DNA from: an uncultured Erysipelotrichaceae bacterium
Lineage (GTDB): Bacteria > Bacillota_I > Bacilli_A > RF39 > UBA660
Assembly: GCA_902767375.1 (NCBI GenBank)
Contig: CACXGV010000001.1
Span: forward strand, 1,080-65,079
DNA length: 64,000 bases
Direction: 5' to 3'
Under the pieces are notes generated by a model that made no database searches, was not told the origin of the DNA, and saw nothing but the letters and a program-made list of their open reading frames with translations. Position 1 is the stretch's first letter, and each line of letters opens with the position of its first letter. This document shows, piece by piece, positions 54,143 to 62,229 of this stretch. Position numbers and translations under genes: made by a program.

Positions 54143-54166
54143 AAAAAAGAAGTCCTTAGACTTCTT
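54143..54166 (-). terminator. intrinsic terminator after rnj
   Basis: AAGAAGTC / GACTTCTT 8-bp stem with loop CTTA containing the stop codon, and a U-run on the transcript. Confidence 0.6.
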
Positions 54167-55790
54167 GAATAACTGCAATTATCATTGGTTTACATTCAGT
54201 TTCAACATAGAAATACTTACTTAATCTCTCTCTTATTTCAGTTTTAATACTATTAAAATCAACATAATTATTATTAATATTATTATTTATAACCTCTAAA
54301 GATATTCTCTTAATCTCATCAATCATTTCCTTAGAATCTTTAACATAAATAAACCCTCTAGTAGTTATTTCTGGCCCTACTAGTAAATGTTTATCTTTTA
54401 TAGATACTGTCGCACTAATAGGTACAATACCATTTTCTGAAAGCATTTCACGATCTTTAATTACTAAATCTCCTACATCTTCTGAAGAAGAACCATCAAT
54501 TAATACATCTTCAACTGAAATATGTTCAAAATCATCCTTTAATTCTTTGTCTTCAATCGAAATAACATCACCATTTTGTTTTAAAAGAATATTTTCAGGT
54601 TTATATCCTAAATTACTGGCTAAATCAGCTGCACCTACCATAAAACGATACTCTGCTTTAACTGGTATAAAATACTTAGGTTTTAATAAATCTATCATTA
54701 TCATGATATCTTCGGAAGATGCATGCAAACTAATACACTTTTCTTTAGGCATTTCTGTTTCATTAATACCTAAAATAGCAAGTTCATTTTGAATCTTAAC
54801 AAATGCTTTTTCATTTTCATCATATTTTGGTTCTGCAAAACAAATAGTATCAGTATTATTAAGTTTAATATACTTATCATTACCAGACATTATCTTTTCA
54901 ATGGCATTATAAGGTTTAGCTCTATCATCACATATTAATAATATAGCATTACTATCATGTATATTAGATAAATCTCCTATTAAATCATCTGGAATATTAA
55001 TATATCCCTCTTTTACAGCCATATGAATAATATTTTGTAATTTTTTACCCATAACTACAACCTTACGATGAGAATCTCTAGCTGCATTAAAAATACCTTC
55101 AATCGTATATAAATGAACATGTAAAGCGCTAAATATTATTCTTCCTTGGGCTTTATTAATAATATTCTTAAAGAAAGAAGATAAATGATGTGTTGGAGAA
55201 GTATGTCCTTTATTCTCAGAAAAAGATGATTCACATAAAAGTGCTAATACTCCTTGTTTACCAACATAAGCAATTTTTCCTAAATCCATATGATATGCTC
55301 CCATCATAGATGGATCTATAATAAAATCACCTGTATATACAATTGCCCCATCTTTCGTATTTATAACATACATAACACTATCAGGTACTGAATGATTAAC
55401 ATTTATTGGAAAAACCGAAACATCCCCAAAATTAATCTTCTTATGAGCTTCTATCATAATTAAATTATCTGGATTAATTCCATCTAATATTAAAGTATTA
55501 TAAGTATACTTTGTAGCATAAATCTTAATATCAGGAACATTATTAATTAAATCTGCAATCCCACCATAACTCTCTGGATGAGCATGAGTAATAAAAACGC
55601 CCTCAATTCTATCACTATTTTCTTTAAAAAAACTATAATCAGGAATAATATAATCTATCCCAAAATTAGAATCAGTAGCGTACTTTAATCCTGCATCTAA
55701 TATAAATAACTTACTATCTACATCAACTACATAAGTATTCTTACCATTTTCATCTAATCCACCCAAACCAAAAATTTTAATTTTACTCAT
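54156..55790 (-). CDS. rnj: ribonuclease J family protein with degenerate catalytic motifs (J2-like)
   Basis: Collinear with B. subtilis RNase J1 from start to end (...PMIIAVIQEV). However, HGHEDHIGG reads HAHPESYGG, and the PIHGEYR His reads PVKAEYR. Confidence 0.8.
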   Translation of the reverse strand: MSKIKIFGLGGLDENGKNTYVVDVDSKLFILDAGLKYATDSNFGIDYIIPDYSFFKENSDRIEGVFITHAHPESYGGIADLINNVPDIKIYATKYTYNTLILDGINPDNLIMIEAHKKINFGDVSVFPINVNHSVPDSVMYVINTKDGAIVYTGDFIIDPSMMGAYHMDLGKIAYVGKQGVLALLCESSFSENKGHTSPTHHLSSFFKNIINKAQGRIIFSALHVHLYTIEGIFNAARDSHRKVVVMGKKLQNIIHMAVKEGYINIPDDLIGDLSNIHDSNAILLICDDRAKPYNAIEKIMSGNDKYIKLNNTDTICFAEPKYDENEKAFVKIQNELAILGINETEMPKEKCISLHASSEDIMIMIDLLKPKYFIPVKAEYRFMVGAADLASNLGYKPENILLKQNGDVISIEDKELKDDFEHISVEDVLIDGSSSEDVGDLVIKDREMLSENGIVPISATVSIKDKHLLVGPEITTRGFIYVKDSKEMIDEIKRISLEVINNNINNNYVDFNSIKTEIRERLSKYFYVETECKPMIIAVIQEV

Positions 55791-55871
55791 AATTATCTTT
55801 CCTTTCTAATAATAAATTAAAAGACTCGAATTGCTAAATAATTATAACAAATAATCTTAATTTTATCAAAC

Positions 55872-55902
55872 AAAAAATAAATAGAACCATTTTGGTTCTA
55901 TT
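55872..55902 (-). terminator. intrinsic terminator after the 254-aa gene
   Basis: AATAGAACC / GGTTCTATT 9-bp stem with loop ATTTT, and a U-rich tail. Confidence 0.6.
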
Positions 55903-56662
55903 CTTTTATAAGATCACTTAAATATAAAATATCTAAATCCATTTTTTTAATCTCACTTAAAACAAGTTTTAAAGTATCTATTGAAGTATAACTATTAATA
56001 AGTATAATATCTCCACTATCTATATTACTAATTAAACTATACTTATCAAAACTATTTAATGAATAAGTTACTAAATAATATTTATTCTTTTGGCAGTAAT
56101 TTAAATTAGAATAATTAAGAAAACATATTTTATTATTAATTTTTTTCTTATTTAGTAAAGCATTTAAATCAGAATATTTTTCTATTAAAGATTCACTATT
56201 AATATATTCTCTAGTTTTATCATCCAAATTAGTATCTAATTTAGCTAAAATATCATACTTAATATTATTATCACTTAAATAATCCTCTAACTCTTCATTT
56301 TTCTCTAAAATAAGACTAACTCCTCTTTTTAAAGGATTACCTTTAATTATTATTTTATCAATATTATTATTAATACTTACCACAGGATTTATAATATCAT
56401 ATATAAGCAGATTTTCATTAAATGATCCATTTTCTTCCATTTTAATAAGTGATTTTCTTTTATTTATTTCTCTCCCATTAACACCTGGAATAATCGTATT
56501 ATCTTTAACTATTGCATTAACTGCTTCTACTTTATATTTATCTTTTAAGCTAACTATTTCTTTCATTAAAGGACTATTATTATCAATAAATACCATTACT
56601 CTATCCGTAATATAAAAAGAACAAATTAAAAATATACTAAAAAATAAATATTTAATTTTCAT
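55898..56662 (-). CDS. hypothetical membrane-anchored protein
   Basis: 254-aa ORF with an N-terminal TM segment and no motif I can name. Confidence 0.45.
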   Translation of the reverse strand: MKIKYLFFSIFLICSFYITDRVMVFIDNNSPLMKEIVSLKDKYKVEAVNAIVKDNTIIPGVNGREINKRKSLIKMEENGSFNENLLIYDIINPVVSINNNIDKIIIKGNPLKRGVSLILEKNEELEDYLSDNNIKYDILAKLDTNLDDKTREYINSESLIEKYSDLNALLNKKKINNKICFLNYSNLNYCQKNKYYLVTYSLNSFDKYSLISNIDSGDIILINSYTSIDTLKLVLSEIKKMDLDILYLSDLIKE

Positions 56663-56699
56663 TAAATCACCATTAAAATATATGACCTATTTGGAAGGA

Positions 56700-57044
56700 T
56701 TATTCTACTACCTTTTCATCATTACTTTTAGTTGATAAAAAGACTAGTTTATCTACTATTACTTCTACCGAGTATTTTTTTTCTTCTTTATCATCTACAT
56801 AACTAGAAGTTCTAAGTTGTCCTCTAACAGCTACTAAATCACCCTTATGGCAATATTCACATGCTCTAGTTGCAATTTGGTCCCATAAAGAACATCTAAT
56901 AAAATCTGCTTCATAAATACCTTCTGAGTTTTTAAAGTTTCTTTGAACTGCTAAATTAACATTACAAACCTTCTTTCCAGAGTCTGTTTCCGCAATTTCA
57001 GGATCTTTTGTTAATCTTCCAATTAATTGAACTAAATTATACAT
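56700..57044 (-). CDS. ssb: single-stranded DNA-binding protein (short form, no acidic tip)
   Basis: The OB-fold N-terminus MYNLVQLIGRLTKDPE...VAVRGQLRTSSY is typical of SSB. At 114 aa it lacks the usual Gly/Gln-rich tail and DDDIPF tip. Confidence 0.8.
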   Translation of the reverse strand: MYNLVQLIGRLTKDPEIAETDSGKKVCNVNLAVQRNFKNSEGIYEADFIRCSLWDQIATRACEYCHKGDLVAVRGQLRTSSYVDDKEEKKYSVEVIVDKLVFLSTKSNDEKVVE

Positions 57045-57149
57045 TTTTTACCTCCCTTCCAAATGATTTTTACATACTTTTTCTTGAAAAACAAAAAGCT
57101 AAATATTAAAAACTGACACCATATTCAGACAATTTTTTATTATCTTTTT

Positions 57150-57191
57150 AAACAAAAAAAATAATCTGAATATCAAATCATTCAGATTATT
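57150..57191 (-). terminator. intrinsic terminator after sufB
   Basis: Perfect 12-bp stem AATAATCTGAAT / ATTCAGATTATT with an 8-nt loop, and an 8-nt U-run on the transcript. Confidence 0.7.
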
Positions 57192-57207
57192 TAATTCATA
57201 TATATAT

Positions 57208-58491
57208 TTAACTTTTTAAAAGTCTATTAAGTTCAACTGCATACTCTAAAGGAAGTTCTTTTTTAAAATCACTTATAAATCCTAAGATTATTAACTCCTT
57301 AGCTGCATCTTCATCCAAGCCTTTACTCATCAAATAAAATAATTTCTCTTCACTAACCTTTGATACTGTAGCCTCATGTTCTAAAGTACTATCACTATTT
57401 AAAACTATATTCTTAGGGATCGTATCGCTTTTAGATATATCATCAAGTAGTATCGTATCACATTTAATAATAGCTTCTGAACCAGTTGCATTACCACCTA
57501 TCTTAACAGTTCCTCTATAGTTAGCAATACCTCCACCTTCAGCAATACTTTTAGATAATATATTACTCTTGGTATTTTTACCAATATGAATCATTTTAGC
57601 TCCAGCATCTAAATTCTGCCCTTTTTTAGCATATGCAATTGATACTGAATTTGCTCTAGCATTATCTCCTTTTAAGATACATGATGGATACTTCATCGTT
57701 ACTCCTGAACCTAAATTACCATCAACCCATTGCATATAACCATCTTCTTCAACAATCGCTCTTTTCGTAACTAAATTATAAACATCAGTACTCCAGTTTT
57801 GAATCGTACTATATTTACATTTACCGCCTTTTTTAACAAAGATTTCAACTACTCCAGCATGTAAAGAATTTTCCGCATAACTTTCGGCTGTGCAGCCTTC
57901 AATATAAGATAGTTCTGCTCCTTCATCAACAATAATAATTGTTCTTTCAAATTGTCCCATTGTAACACTATTAATTCGAAAATAACTTTGCAGTGGTCTA
58001 TCAACCTTAACACCTTTAGGAACATAAATAAATGAACCACCACTCCATAAGCATCCATTTAAAGCTGTATATTTATTTTCACTGTATTTAACTAAACTAT
58101 TAAAATATTCTTTAAATAAATCTGGATATTCCCTTAAAGCCTCATCGGTAGATAAAAATATAACTCCATCAGCACTTTTCATATTATGATAAAAAACTTC
58201 ACTATCAAGCTGATTAGATACTCCGCATAAATAACTCTTCTCAGCATTAATAACCCCTAAATCATTAAAAGTCTTTCTAACATCAGTATCTACCTTATCC
58301 CAATCATCAGTAAGTTCTAATCCTTTTTTATAATAATTAATCTTATCAAAATCTATCTTAATTTCTGGTCCAAAATCAGGATTCTCAAGTTCTAAAAACT
58401 TTTCAAAAGATTTTAATCTAAAATCTCTCATCCACTCGGGCTCACCTTTTAACATAGATATTTTAGTAATATAATCTTTCGTTAATTTCAT
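57208..58491 (-). CDS. sufB: Fe-S cluster assembly scaffold protein SufB
   Basis: EPEWMRDFRLKSFEKF at the N-terminus and EHEATVSKVSEEKLFYLMSKGL...ELPLEYAVELNRLL at the C-terminus parallel Firmicutes SufB. Confidence 0.85.
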   Translation of the reverse strand: MKLTKDYITKISMLKGEPEWMRDFRLKSFEKFLELENPDFGPEIKIDFDKINYYKKGLELTDDWDKVDTDVRKTFNDLGVINAEKSYLCGVSNQLDSEVFYHNMKSADGVIFLSTDEALREYPDLFKEYFNSLVKYSENKYTALNGCLWSGGSFIYVPKGVKVDRPLQSYFRINSVTMGQFERTIIIVDEGAELSYIEGCTAESYAENSLHAGVVEIFVKKGGKCKYSTIQNWSTDVYNLVTKRAIVEEDGYMQWVDGNLGSGVTMKYPSCILKGDNARANSVSIAYAKKGQNLDAGAKMIHIGKNTKSNILSKSIAEGGGIANYRGTVKIGGNATGSEAIIKCDTILLDDISKSDTIPKNIVLNSDSTLEHEATVSKVSEEKLFYLMSKGLDEDAAKELIILGFISDFKKELPLEYAVELNRLLKS

Positions 58492-58535
58492 AAAACATCA
58501 CAAACGTATTATAACACAAAAAAAGATATAATAAA

Positions 58536-60098
58536 CTAATTATTATATCCCGAAAATTCAATTATTTTTCCCATTTTCTTTTCGCTTTGAGTATAACTAT
58601 TAATACTACTAACTCCCATAGTTTTAGCTACATCGGATATACAATCACATATTTCAATTGCTTCTGATAGATATTTAGCCCCAACTACTTCTGAATTATC
58701 ATAACCAGCAAGTCCAAAAGCCATCTCTATAATTGAAAGAGATAAAGCTGGATTATATCTATATTCATAATAAGAACGATGATTCTTACTTGTAATATCT
58801 AATAAAACACTAATTAAATGATGTTTCATATCTTCATCGTTTTCAAATACTAAACCAGTTTTAATTTCATACTTTTCAATATTACTTATAAGCACTTCTC
58901 TTAAATATTTATCATCTAGTTCTTTTATAGTCATACAATCAAATCTTCTTGTAAAAGCTGGATCTTTTTGTAAATAAGTATCATATTCTCTAATAGTAGT
59001 AGCCCCAATTATCTTAACACTACCATCTTCAATATATGGTTTTAAAATATCTAATAAATCGATACTTGTTCCTTCAGCACTTCCTGCTCCTAAAGCTGTA
59101 TGAAGTTCATCCATATACAAAATAATACTACTATTTTCTCTTAAAAATTTAACTAGTAACTCCATCTTTTTTTCAAAATCTCCACGATATCTACAACCAG
59201 CAACTAAAGAAGATGGTGATATTTTTAATATTTTTTTACTATTTAAATAATTACCAACATTACTATTTTGAATCTCATAAGCAAGCCCTTCAACTACAGC
59301 AGTTTTACCAACCCCAGGTTCTCCAATTAATATTGAACTAAATGATGGACTCATCATCGTAGCACCTAATCTTCTAATTTCTTTTTCTCTACCAACTGCC
59401 GGATTAACTAAAAATGTTTTATCATCAATAAACTCAAAATTATGAGTTATACTTTTTAATATATTAAGATTACTTAATACTGTTCTTGGCTCATTATTAG
59501 TAACTATTCTATTTTGAATAATCTTTCCTTCTCGATTACCTTTTTCATCTCTTAAGGTTACTAAAGCATCTTCTTTATCGGTAATCTCTCTACATATTCT
59601 TAAATAATAAGAATACTTTTCTCTTATTTCTTCTAACAATATATTTAAATTTTCATACTCTCTAGGTTGATATTCTCTATAAATAAGCTTGCACATCTTA
59701 CTAAAATCTTCTCCCAGTAATACTTCTTTAATTGCCAGTCTATCTACAAAAAGTATTGAAGAATAAATATTAACTAAAGTACATGCTGCTTCTATATTTC
59801 TTTTATTATCTCCTGCTTGAATAGGCATAACCAAATATGGCCTATCTTTAATAAGTCTTCCATTAATTCTATTAAATAAACTATACTCAACAATATTTAA
59901 AAGTTCATCAATACATTGAGAAGACTTAATATCAACTGTTTTTTCCTCATAACTAGTCCCATTAAAATGTCTAATAATTATTTGATTCTTTTTAAAACCA
60001 CTACCAACTAAAATATCTATTTTATCTTTTCCATCAGTAAAACTAAATCCCCCATTAGTAAACATATAAGTTACAGTTTGTTCTAATATACTATTCAT
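58536..60098 (-). CDS. AAA+ ATPase: novel ~230-aa N-domain plus a single ClpA/ClpB D1-like module
   Basis: GREKEIRRL, Walker A IGEPGVGKTAVVEGLA, CRYRGDFEKK, Walker B ILYMDELHTALGAG, GATTIREYDTYLQKDPAFTRRF. No second AAA domain and no Clp N-domain recognised. Confidence 0.75.
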   Translation of the reverse strand: MNSILEQTVTYMFTNGGFSFTDGKDKIDILVGSGFKKNQIIIRHFNGTSYEEKTVDIKSSQCIDELLNIVEYSLFNRINGRLIKDRPYLVMPIQAGDNKRNIEAACTLVNIYSSILFVDRLAIKEVLLGEDFSKMCKLIYREYQPREYENLNILLEEIREKYSYYLRICREITDKEDALVTLRDEKGNREGKIIQNRIVTNNEPRTVLSNLNILKSITHNFEFIDDKTFLVNPAVGREKEIRRLGATMMSPSFSSILIGEPGVGKTAVVEGLAYEIQNSNVGNYLNSKKILKISPSSLVAGCRYRGDFEKKMELLVKFLRENSSIILYMDELHTALGAGSAEGTSIDLLDILKPYIEDGSVKIIGATTIREYDTYLQKDPAFTRRFDCMTIKELDDKYLREVLISNIEKYEIKTGLVFENDEDMKHHLISVLLDITSKNHRSYYEYRYNPALSLSIIEMAFGLAGYDNSEVVGAKYLSEAIEICDCISDVAKTMGVSSINSYTQSEKKMGKIIEFSGYNN

Positions 60099-60106
60099 CT
60101 TATCAC

Positions 60107-61063
60107 CTATACTCCTGGAAACTTAATTATATTTCCATTATTTTTATTATTACTTTTCTCTCTTAGTTTTCTAAGAATACTATCTTTAATATTATCATCT
60201 AAATAACATACTTCTATAGCTTCTAAAAAGTCTCCTAAACTTACTTCTGTTCTATCATCCATACAACATGCTGAAAAAGCACATTTAACTAAATAAATAA
60301 TATCCATAACATCTACTTTTAAATCATATAAAGACATTAATATATTAAGTATTCTAAACTTTTCTAGTTCTCCACCTTCAATACTTACCATTAAGTCATC
60401 TTCTAATTTATTAGTTCTTTCAAATAATATTCTTAAAACCTCATCTTTTGTAAAATAACTATCATGATTAGCATCTATATTATTTTCTAGTTCTTCCCAT
60501 CTAATACGAGCATATTCATTTAAAGGATCATCTTCATCAGTAGTTATCATTTCTTGATATAAATTATCATAGTATTCATATCTTCTAGCAAAATAATAAG
60601 CATAACTATCTATTCTATCTTTAATTAAACTAAACTTTAACTTACTTTCTTCCTCACTTATCTCATCATAAGCATAATCAAGCATAACCCTATCTAAAGC
60701 CCCTGGATCTTCATCAGATAATGCCTCTGCTAAATGCTCTCCATCCATCATAAGCATCGTCTTATATATTTCATAAACCCTATTTAATGCTTTTAAATTA
60801 TTTAAAGAAACATTTTTATCTTTACATAACGCGATAGTTGTTCTTTGATGAGAAGAATACATATCACAAAATATTAAAAATGCAAAAAATTGATAAATAT
60901 CCGGTTCACCTTTAAACACAGTCTTAATATGATTATTAATACTAGTTACTTCAATCTCTCCATCTTTTCTAACTCTAAATTCAAATCTTTGATATCCTGT
61001 AATTAAATCAAAGCCACCGTTATAATATAAATAATTAACTGAATCTTCTATAAAATTATCCAT
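60107..61063 (-). CDS. paralog of the AAA+ protein lacking the ATPase core
   Basis: The N-terminus MDNFIEDSVNYLYYNGGFDL matches MNSILEQTVTYMFTNGGFSF, and the tail GNIIKFPGV matches GKIIEFSGYNN. No P-loop. Gaps of 8 nt to both neighbours. Confidence 0.6.
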   Translation of the reverse strand: MDNFIEDSVNYLYYNGGFDLITGYQRFEFRVRKDGEIEVTSINNHIKTVFKGEPDIYQFFAFLIFCDMYSSHQRTTIALCKDKNVSLNNLKALNRVYEIYKTMLMMDGEHLAEALSDEDPGALDRVMLDYAYDEISEEESKLKFSLIKDRIDSYAYYFARRYEYYDNLYQEMITTDEDDPLNEYARIRWEELENNIDANHDSYFTKDEVLRILFERTNKLEDDLMVSIEGGELEKFRILNILMSLYDLKVDVMDIIYLVKCAFSACCMDDRTEVSLGDFLEAIEVCYLDDNIKDSILRKLREKSNNKNNGNIIKFPGV

Positions 61064-61071
61064 AAACCCTC

Positions 61072-62157
61072 CTAAAAACTAATCTTACTAATTGGATGAA
61101 CTATTTCTCCCGGATAATCAAAAGATACCCTATCATTCATCTTTCTTTTAGCTTTCATTATCTCTAATTGTTTAATCCCTCTATCTTTAACCTTAACAAT
61201 ATTAGGATTATCACATAAATATCTATTATCAACTGCATATTCAAATGTTTTATTACCATATAAAATATATTCAGAATTAAATTTTAATGGTTTAATTGCT
61301 TTAGGGAATTCTCCTTTACTCCTTGTAATATTCCATGTATTATCTAAAAAATAATACTCACCATCAAACTTAACTATATTAAATGCATGATTTCTATTAA
61401 ATATCGTTCTTGCATCTATTTTAAACTCTGGATTATTTAAAAGAAGCATTGTACTATTGGCTATTCCTGTGCATAACCCATATCTTTTAAACAAAACAGT
61501 CTCCACAAGCCCTACTTCTTCATCTAATCCATCAACTGGATTATCCACCTTAGCAATATATTTACCACTCTTATCAATATTTTCCGCTAAATATTCCACA
61601 TTTTTTTGCAAATAATTACTAACCAATATAATTATTTGTAAATCACTAAATCTACCTTTACTCTTTAATTCTAAAACTATATCTCTTATTCTTTTAAGAG
61701 TATCTTTATCCATATATTGATTACCATTGTAATTAAGAGCATTTTGATGATAACTAACCCCACTAACAAGCATTAAATCATCAAAATCAACACCCCACAT
61801 TATATAAGAAAGAGGCACTGCAAACTTACATTTATCTATTTCAAAAGTTCTAATCTCACTACGATCCTTAACCTCATAATCATCTAATATTCTAATCACG
61901 ATATCTTTCTTATCAGGTAAATTATCATTTATAAACTTAACAGTTTCAAAACTATCAACATTAACTGTATCAAAACCATTAAGTTCCATAATACTTAAAA
62001 CTCTTAAAAAGAAATCAAAATTATTCTTTACTGTTTCATAATCAACATATAAACAAAATACTTTATCATATATTTCATCATCACTATAATTTAAAATATC
62101 TTTTAAATTAACTGCCTCAGTAAAGAAGTTTGTTTTATTCCAGTCTTTTCTTTCCAT
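61072..62157 (-). CDS. transglutaminase-like cysteine protease-fold protein
   Basis: Cys in KRYGLCTGIANSTMLLL, His in RNHAFNIVKF, Asp in YFLDNTW, in the Cys-His-Asp order typical of the transglutaminase-like superfamily. Confidence 0.65.
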   Translation of the reverse strand: MERKDWNKTNFFTEAVNLKDILNYSDDEIYDKVFCLYVDYETVKNNFDFFLRVLSIMELNGFDTVNVDSFETVKFINDNLPDKKDIVIRILDDYEVKDRSEIRTFEIDKCKFAVPLSYIMWGVDFDDLMLVSGVSYHQNALNYNGNQYMDKDTLKRIRDIVLELKSKGRFSDLQIIILVSNYLQKNVEYLAENIDKSGKYIAKVDNPVDGLDEEVGLVETVLFKRYGLCTGIANSTMLLLNNPEFKIDARTIFNRNHAFNIVKFDGEYYFLDNTWNITRSKGEFPKAIKPLKFNSEYILYGNKTFEYAVDNRYLCDNPNIVKVKDRGIKQLEIMKAKRKMNDRVSFDYPGEIVHPISKISF

Positions 62158-62163
62158 AATAAA

Positions 62164-62182
62164 AACCCCTTTTGTAGGGGTT
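62164..62182 (-). terminator. GC-rich hairpin between the 547-aa gene and the three-gene operon (terminator or leader structure)
   Basis: AACCCCT / AGGGGTT 7-bp stem with loop TTTGT. The transcript continues UUUUUAUU and then the ATG of the 361-aa gene. The only SD-like element (AAGGGG) lies in the 3' arm. Confidence 0.55.
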
Positions 62183-62229
62183 ATAATAACATAAAATATC
62201 CAAAAAAGAAAGACTTATTTAATCAAGAA

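Noticed and set aside
57045-57149. The ~100-nt untranslated stretch upstream of ssb, between the sufB terminator and the ssb start, as a possible small RNA or riboswitch.
   Set aside because: I could not find a convincing conserved-looking structure or a promoter/terminator pair defining a separate transcript. It is most simply the ssb promoter and leader.
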